Part shown: positions 57,499-64,000 of the stretch, in pieces
Numbering within the stretch: the first letter of the stretch is position 1
Layout: the number at the start of each line of letters is the position of its first letter
Source of the DNA: Octopus vulgaris
Lineage: Eukaryota
Assembly: GCA_951406725.2 (NCBI GenBank)
Contig: OX597815.1
Location: 154,876,001-154,940,000 of the forward strand
DNA: 64,000 bases
Reading direction: 5' to 3'
The notes under the pieces: generated by a model
Told to the model about the DNA's origin: nothing
Databases searched by the model: none
The model's input: the letters and a program-made list of their open reading frames with translations, nothing else
Translations under genes and position numbers: made by a program

Positions 57499-58626
57499 TA
57501 TGATAATAAATCTACTTTTACTATACTTACTTTCTCTTTTTGTGGCCTATAGGCGTCAGATTCGTCTTTCACTTATCCAAGATTGAGATTACAAATGACA
57601 GTAATATGCTAATGGATTCAATCGATCATTGCTGTTCCCTGTAAATTTGTGGCTTCGTACCAATGTGAGAAATTATCCTTCTCTTAATTTCCCTATGGCG
57701 CTTATCTGACAGAAACGTCAGTTCAGATTAAGAGCCAGTGAGGGAACCTCTACGTGGTTGTTTGGCCACTTTGAAATAGCAGCATATCTCCTTCAGGTTC
57801 AACCCCCATTGCCTTAAAGAACGAAGAGCGCATTAAAAAATGCCGTAAAATCAGCCCATTCCTGAGCGCTACTAGTGATTTATAATCCAGTATATGTTGC
57901 ATGATCAAGTCATCGGTGACTAACCTGGCAAACTTAAGTATGTGGAGAATTTTTACAGTATCTTTATTATAGAAATGTTTAAAACATTTCAAAGGGTAGC
58001 GAACCAAGGAGAAATAACTGCCATCTTCTATTGTTTGTGTATAGGCGTGTTTAAGATACATCCTAACATTTGATTTTCGGTAGGTTGAGCTGAGGCAAAG
58101 ACATATGTAAACGGGTAAAAAGATGATACTCGGCGACATCCATGTGAGATGCGCACCACAAAGCATGATGAGATGCATAGAGTACACTGGTCATTCCACT
58201 GCATTCTTAATATACATGAATCATGTTGACAGCCTTGACACTTGTCATCTAGCGCAATTCTCTCCCATGAAAAACCCGATTTCAACATAAGTTGTGAATC
58301 ACATTCCTTTCAGACCATAAACACATGACGTACCTTCCGTTGCAGCCGTCGGGATAGCATACGCGTGTAGGACATTGAAATTCAGCCGTTTCCGTAGTTT
58401 CATCGAAACAAAGCTGTAATATAGATGAGAACAATTGCAAATTTCCGGATGCATTTGCAGCTGCAACGTCCGTCATTGCAATGTATAAGAGGTGAAGTCG
58501 TCATCTTAGAAAATGGAAGAGGAACGACGGATTCATACAACGAAATGACCATGACTGAAAATTCTTTCAACATAAATTTACTTGATGGAAACAAACTTGG
58601 GGTCAATCGTCACTAGCACCAGCAGT

Positions 58627-59145
58627 GGAGGCGCAATGGCCCAATGGTTAGGGCAGCGGACTCGCGGTCGGAGGATCGCGATTTCGATTCCCAGACTGGG
58701 CGTTGTGTGTGTTTATTGAGTGAAAACACCTAAAGCTCCACGATGCTCCGGCAGGGGGTGGTGGCAAACCCTGTTGTACTCTTTCGCTCCAAATTTCTCT
58801 CACTTTCTTCCTGTTTCTTGTCCCCGACTTTCTACGCAACGGCTGAGCCTGGATGCGCATTCATCCATCTGTCGATGCTCTCGGTGTCGGGGGTTGACCT
58901 GCTTTCTCTTCTGCGGGTCTTACGAATAGCAAAGGACCACGTTTCGGAATTCTCCCATCTTGCGAGCTCTGGGACGAAGACCGTTCGCTCAACAGCAACA
59001 GCACCAGCAACAACGAGTGTGGAGGCGCAATTGCCCAGTGGTTAGGGCAGCGGACTCGCGGTCGTAAGAACGTGGTTTCGATTCCCAGACCTGGCATTTT
59101 GAGTGTTTATTAAGCGAAAACACCCAAGCTCCATGAGGCTCCGCA
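58627..59145 (+). mobile_element. Two family B SINEs (58627-58999 with an alternative tail; 59021-59145 truncated)
   Basis: GGAGGCGCAAT.GCCCA.TGGTTAGGGCAGCGG heads; candidate TSD agcaccagca at 58615 and 59000. Confidence 0.8.
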
Positions 59146-60167
59146 TGTAATGAGACCTATAATTACTGGTATTACAGTCACAACTCTCTTCTGTCCTTGT
59201 CCTATATAGTATATCTAAGTCATTATCCAATTTGTCTTTTGTTTTTATATGATGGTTGGAAATGATCCGGGGGTAACAGATTTTGGTGGCTTCTCTAGTA
59301 TATGGAACAACGGACGGAATATTTTTTTAGCGTAGTCTGTCTAGTGTGGTACTATTGACGAGAAGTTGGTGTTTGAATGAGCTATACTTTGGTTGCAGTT
59401 TCTTGTAAACTCATGCGATTGCGCATAGTCTCTGTCGTTGACTTAACGTTGTGTTTATTTATTTATTCGGTTATCTAGATTCGATTATAGCTAAGAATTT
59501 CTAGATCAAATAAGTTGAACAGACTAAAGTAGACATCTGAATACTTATACATATCATTGTTCAAGATTAATGTGAACCATAGATTTTTTCCATCTTTTTT
59601 TAAATATATATTTTTTTTTTCCGTTTCATCTACAACATTTACAAAAGAATGGTAATTTTATATGGTAATTGTTGTTGGTTAAAAAAGTGCTTCTGTTCAA
59701 GTATGAACGTGATGAATACATATTTCATTGAACAATTCTGATATCAGGCTAAATGAAATATCTCAACAAGAAACCATTTGACGTTTCTTAACTCGTTTAC
59801 TTATGATAACACTCCGTGCTGACTTTTCTCTATTTTCTCTAACAAATTTATGAGCCTACATAAAAGCTCAATGTTATTTTATTTAGTACCACTAATTTAT
59901 TTGGTTTCATTATGTCTTTCATCTTTTATTTGTTTCAATCATTAGACTAAGCTTATGCTGGGATACAACCTTGAAGAATGTTTAGTCGAATATATCGACT
60001 ATAGTACTTTCATTCTTTTTTAAATAAAGGCTGGCACTTATTCTCTCGGATTCTTTTGCCGGAGAGCTTATTTACAGGGACGTAAACACACCAGGACCGG
60101 TTGTCAAGCTGTTGTGGTGGGTAACAAACACAAATACAAAGACACATACACACACATATATATACAT

Positions 60168-60212
<45 letters not shown>

Positions 60213-60407
60213 AGTAGTTGAATGAATTATCCTAGTATGGATAATTCGGTTAACCGAAACCCGGGTAGCAAATTCACGCCAGAAAACACGGTTGAAGCTA
60301 CATGACAAGGGCAGTGATCACGTGCTTTCGTGTGGAAATTTGTGTGTTTTTTTACTATAAATAAATGAAGGAATGGAGTTGAACGACGATTTAACAAAAT
60401 TCCTTTA

Positions 60408-60489
60408 TTCTCGACATATGTTTCGAAGACTGCATATTCCTAATTCCGAAGGAATAAAGGGTGCATACGCCGCCTTCTCATCAGGAAAG
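60408..60489 (-). ncRNA. Type I hammerhead ribozyme (left arm)
   Basis: Mirror of 60611-60693; tcatcag at 60478-60484. Confidence 0.85.
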
Positions 60490-60610
60490 ACAAGGAACTT
60501 ATGTCAGCATCATGACGAACAAAAACTTTTAGATGACTGCCCACACGGAGTCCGTGTGGGCAGTCATCTAAAAGTTTTTGTTCGTCATGATGCTGATATA
60601 AGTTCCTTGT

Positions 60611-60693
60611 CTTTCCTGATGAGAAGGCGGCGTAAGGCACCCTTTATTCCTTCGGAATTAGGAATATGCAGTCTTCGAAACATATGTCGAGAA
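60611..60693 (+). ncRNA. Type I hammerhead ribozyme (right arm)
   Basis: TTTC CTGATGA GAAGGCGGCGTA...TATGCAGTCTTC GAA ACATATGT C GAGA; predicted cleavage after C60688. Confidence 0.85.
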
Positions 60694-60748
60694 TAAAGGA
60701 ATTTTGTTAAATCGTCGTTCCACTCCATTCTTTCATTTATATATATAC

Positions 60749-60808
<60 letters not shown>

Positions 60809-61529
60809 ATGTACACAGAGATCTTCTTTCAGTTTCCGTCTAACGAATAGTCTCAGAAATCTTTTGTCAGCTGGAGGCTATAGCAGAAGTATTTTTTTCT
60901 AAAATGCCAAGCAATTGGATTGAACCTGAAACCATTTGGTTGGGAAGCAAGTTTCTTACTACACAGTCAAACAGGAAGAGGTTAATGTAGACGTCTTAAA
61001 AGTAACATATATCGTTCACAATGAATTTTGTGTTATATATCTCAGCCAGATGGGTCACACTTAATGAAGACTAAATTATTCTTACATTAATAGCGTGAAA
61101 TACAGCCAGTAAAATTTCTCACTAATTCCATGTTATTAATAAGTGACGAAATTATTAATTTTGTTGTTATCGCTGTTGATCCTGTAGTAACTCTTTCTAC
61201 TGTTACTTGAACTCCAGGTGAGCATTGATCAATCGTCCTAAGAACTAAACTTGAATCATATGTCTGTTCCAAATATACAAACTCGCTGAGACATGTTGCT
61301 CACTCAGTCATGCAGTGATTGTGTGAGCTACAGTGTGGCAGTCTGGACATGTTCTATTCTCTCCATTTTCCAGTCAAATACGGTAGAGTAAGAACGGGTA
61401 ACTAAGATTAGACATATTTGCAGTTATTCTATAACAGTTACTATATGTGCGCAGTCTAGTAAAATCTGGTGAGTGTTGATTAGACAAATGATGTCGTAGT
61501 AATTTTTGTTATTGTTTCATGTTCAGGGT

Positions 61530-62167
61530 CGAACAAATGTGATTTGAGTGCAATCTCTGATAGTACACAATGCCCTGATTTTCGTTCTTTGGGTTTATTG
61601 ACACAATCAAAGAGATTTTGTGCAACTGAAACTCGGGTGAATTTTGGTCAGCTAAAAGCAGATTTGTCACAAATTTGGCAGACACCAATCTCATGCCCAA
61701 ATCTTCAGTAATAATGGACTGAACTGAACTGAAACAACTAATCTGCACACCCTCTGGTAACTCACGGATGAAGATTCGGCGATTTTCCCTCATAGATGCA
61801 CGCACATCTGCGATGTTTTTCTCAGTTCTGTTGGTTGCAGATCTCCCAGAACGCTTATCAATATCGACATTTTTTCGGCGAACTTGGAAACGTCTGCACG
61901 AGTGGTTCAGACCTCTTCATACACTTTCTGCAACTTTGCGTAGGCCACTCAGCATGACAAAGTTCTCTATCATAGTCAATGTGATAATCACATGTTACAT
62001 ACGTTACTTCGATGCACTACTGTAAACAGCGGAAGTGAGCTAGAACGTTAAGACCTAGTGCGCCTGCACAGCAGAGTTCGAGGTCAATTGTTTTTGAGCA
62101 GATTCATTCTGCATGCGTTAACTTCGTTACTATGGCAACAGTCCGGTTACTTATTGCTCAGACTTCG
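61530..62167 (-). mobile_element. Mariner 5' remnant
   Basis: RRIFIREL...SSVQSIITEDLGMRLVSAKFV; TIR-like TA-CGAAGTCTGAGCAATAAGTAACCGG. Confidence 0.7.
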
Positions 62168-62873
62168 TAGGTGAGTTCAACACAAATTTGTGTATGGTAT
62201 TGCTGTATAACCTGTGTCTGTTTTATGTACTATATGCGAATTTTGTGCAGATGTTGTATAAGACTCCTAGCATTTATTTTGTTTTCCACCAGAATGTAGT
62301 ACTATTCTTGAGAGAAATGATTGGCTGTAGTTGACGTTCACTTGTGTTGCTGATTTTCTATGCCTATACAACTGGGATTACTTTCAACTGGCTTCCAGAT
62401 TGTGAGAATTTGACAATTTGACAATTTTAGAAGTAGTCGTTGACTTTAATTAATCATACTTGTAATAATTTAAATCCAGTGATTCCTTCAGACCCCGTGG
62501 ATTTCTCTCTGTATCTGTGATTTTAATCTGAGCCTGAGGCTTTTAAGATATTTAACATTTAATGCGTGTTAAATTAGATCAAGATAAAGATATGTAATAG
62601 AACCCCCTATTATTCACTTGCGTGCTCGTCTTCTTTCTGTGATTCCTGGTGATGTCCATTGTTTGTTTTTTTAATTATTTTATATACCGTATATAAAAAT
62701 GTATATAGTGTAGTTCTATTGTTTATTTTGTTGTTTATGCTGCACACAGATGTCTGTTACATTTCATTCTTCTTTGACAATCTTTGCCTAGTTACAACGC
62801 GTTATTTTGATGTGTTAAGTTTCAGGCTGTACATATTTTAACTATCCTCGTTATTTTTATTAAGTGATTATTG

Positions 62874-63120
62874 GGGCAGGCGTGGCTCTGTGGTAAGGCG
62901 TTTGCTTCCCAACTACATGGTTCCAGGTTTAGGGGAAATGCCTTCAACTATAGCCTCGGGAAAAACAAAGCCTTTTGAGTATATTTGATAGACGGAAACT
63001 GAAAGAAGCCTCTTGCGTGCGTGTGTGTGTGTGTGTATGTGTGTCCCACCACCGCTTGATCATCGGTTATTATTTTATATTTACGTCCTTGTAATTAGCG
63101 GATCAGAAAGACTATAAGTA
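62874..63120 (+). mobile_element. Family C SINE
   Basis: gggcaggcgtggctctgtggtaag...gacggaaactgaaagaagcc, internal (GT)n. Confidence 0.7.
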
Positions 63121-63910
63121 TTTACTGAACGCTATTAATATTGTTTGAAACAATGTTATATGATATAACGTCAGAAGCAGCCTATAGAAAGAGGAGGGAT
63201 AAATAGTACTAAAACAGTTTGGCTAATTATTCCACATGGGAGATAAATTAAATCTAATCTCCCATTGCAGTTACGTCAGGCTATTATTAGGAATTTTCCA
63301 AAGAATTCTAGTTATTACTCTATTATCAACTCACATAGTTAGGATTGGTTTTTCCAACACAAAAAATCTTTTACAAATTATCTCTTCACATAATAACAAC
63401 CTGTTAAATATTGATACATTTACTAATACTAACATTAATTTAGCTAATACCATAAACCCCTCTAGAAATATCAATAACAAGGTTATTGTATCTGAAGTCA
63501 ATTCCAACAGAATTAAGTTTATGTCAAGTGACTCTAAAATTAAAAATTATATATACCAGTGTAAAATTATTACTCATAATAAAGTACAATTTTACATTGG
63601 AAGCACGTCGTTACAGTTATCTAAAAGAATTTATATCCATTACTCAACATTTAGGGATAGGAATTAACGTAACAGTACAGGGCTCAGTAAATTAATTTAG
63701 GATCTAAAAGATCATAATGAACAATTTAATTTAGAATGGTTGATTCTCTCAATCTCGATACCTTATGACAAAGGCAAGGAATTATGTCTTCTCTGTAATT
63801 CTGAACTATTTTTCATTATTTTTTCTAAAATTCCCTTAGTGAACACGGTTATAGAGTGTACATACCGATGTAAACATTGGCAAAAATACACCTTTAGTTC
63901 ATATAAGTAA
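63120..63910 (+). mobile_element. Penelope-like element 3' fragment (GIY-YIG endonuclease), second family
   Basis: YIYQC...FYIGST...KRIYIHYSTF; the frame continues past two stops to STGLS...LEWLIL...PY...CLLCNSE...VN...YRCKH, stop at 63908-63910. Confidence 0.85.
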
Positions 63911-64000
63911 TCTCTATCATTATATATAATTTAAACATTAATTTTCTTTTTATATTTAACATTCACTAAAAAAATATATATTTTCCTCGTTTATAAGGTT

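Larger units (their letters stand above)
60361..60740. repeat. Near-perfect palindrome, 189-190 bp arms, 1-nt loop at 60550
   Basis: Centre cccacacgga-g-tccgtgtggg; about five differences between the arms, including one indel. Confidence 0.97.
59915..60968 (-). mobile_element. Family C SINE split at its internal dinucleotide tract by hammerhead elements
   Basis: Head half at 60820-60968 (ttctttcagtttccgtc...), tail half at 59915-60150 (gggacgtaaacacacc...), same order as 19750-20133. Confidence 0.7.

Noticed and set aside
57750-58616. Cys-containing minus-strand ORFs as a host exon
   Set aside because: No recognisable domain, several frames with stops; only faint RTE C-terminus resemblance (WERIALDD), too weak to call.
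60373-60696. Overlapping ORFs on both strands with nearly the same peptide
   Set aside because: Direct consequence of the DNA palindrome; no recognisable domain.
38053-60740. Palindromes as MITE/Foldback DNA transposons or sequencing artefacts
   Set aside because: Arms differ by substitutions and indels, ends are ragged or asymmetric without fixed TIR/TSD, and all carry oriented ribozyme signals; a retro-origin fits better but is unproven.

Overview
AT-rich, microsatellite-saturated eukaryotic DNA made almost entirely of decayed transposable elements. I found no intact host gene. The SINE families and repeat spectrum suggest an octopus or other coleoid cephalopod genome (inference). Elements seen: R4/Dong-like REL-endonuclease LINEs stacked in (TAA)n arrays, Tx1/L1, CR1 and RTE LINE remnants, two Penelope-like (GIY-YIG) remnants, mariner and maT/Tc1 remnants including one full-length 1.27 kb mariner, a hAT-like transposon nested in a LINE, a non-autonomous Helitron and several tRNA-derived SINEs. 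Most ORF-track ORFs are microsatellite artefacts. The standout signal is a dense set (about 15 complete or partial) of minimal type I hammerhead ribozyme motifs (CUGAnGA...GAAA, palindromic stem III, NUH). They belong to many sequence-unrelated families, and several share one layout: ribozyme, then AATAAA, then CTCC(A), then (TA)n. Several occur as long head-to-head fold-back palindromes with a hammerhead on each strand (best example 60361-60740). One family is fused behind a tRNA-like Pol III head (47578-47860). All calls were made by eye; boundaries of decayed elements are approximate.
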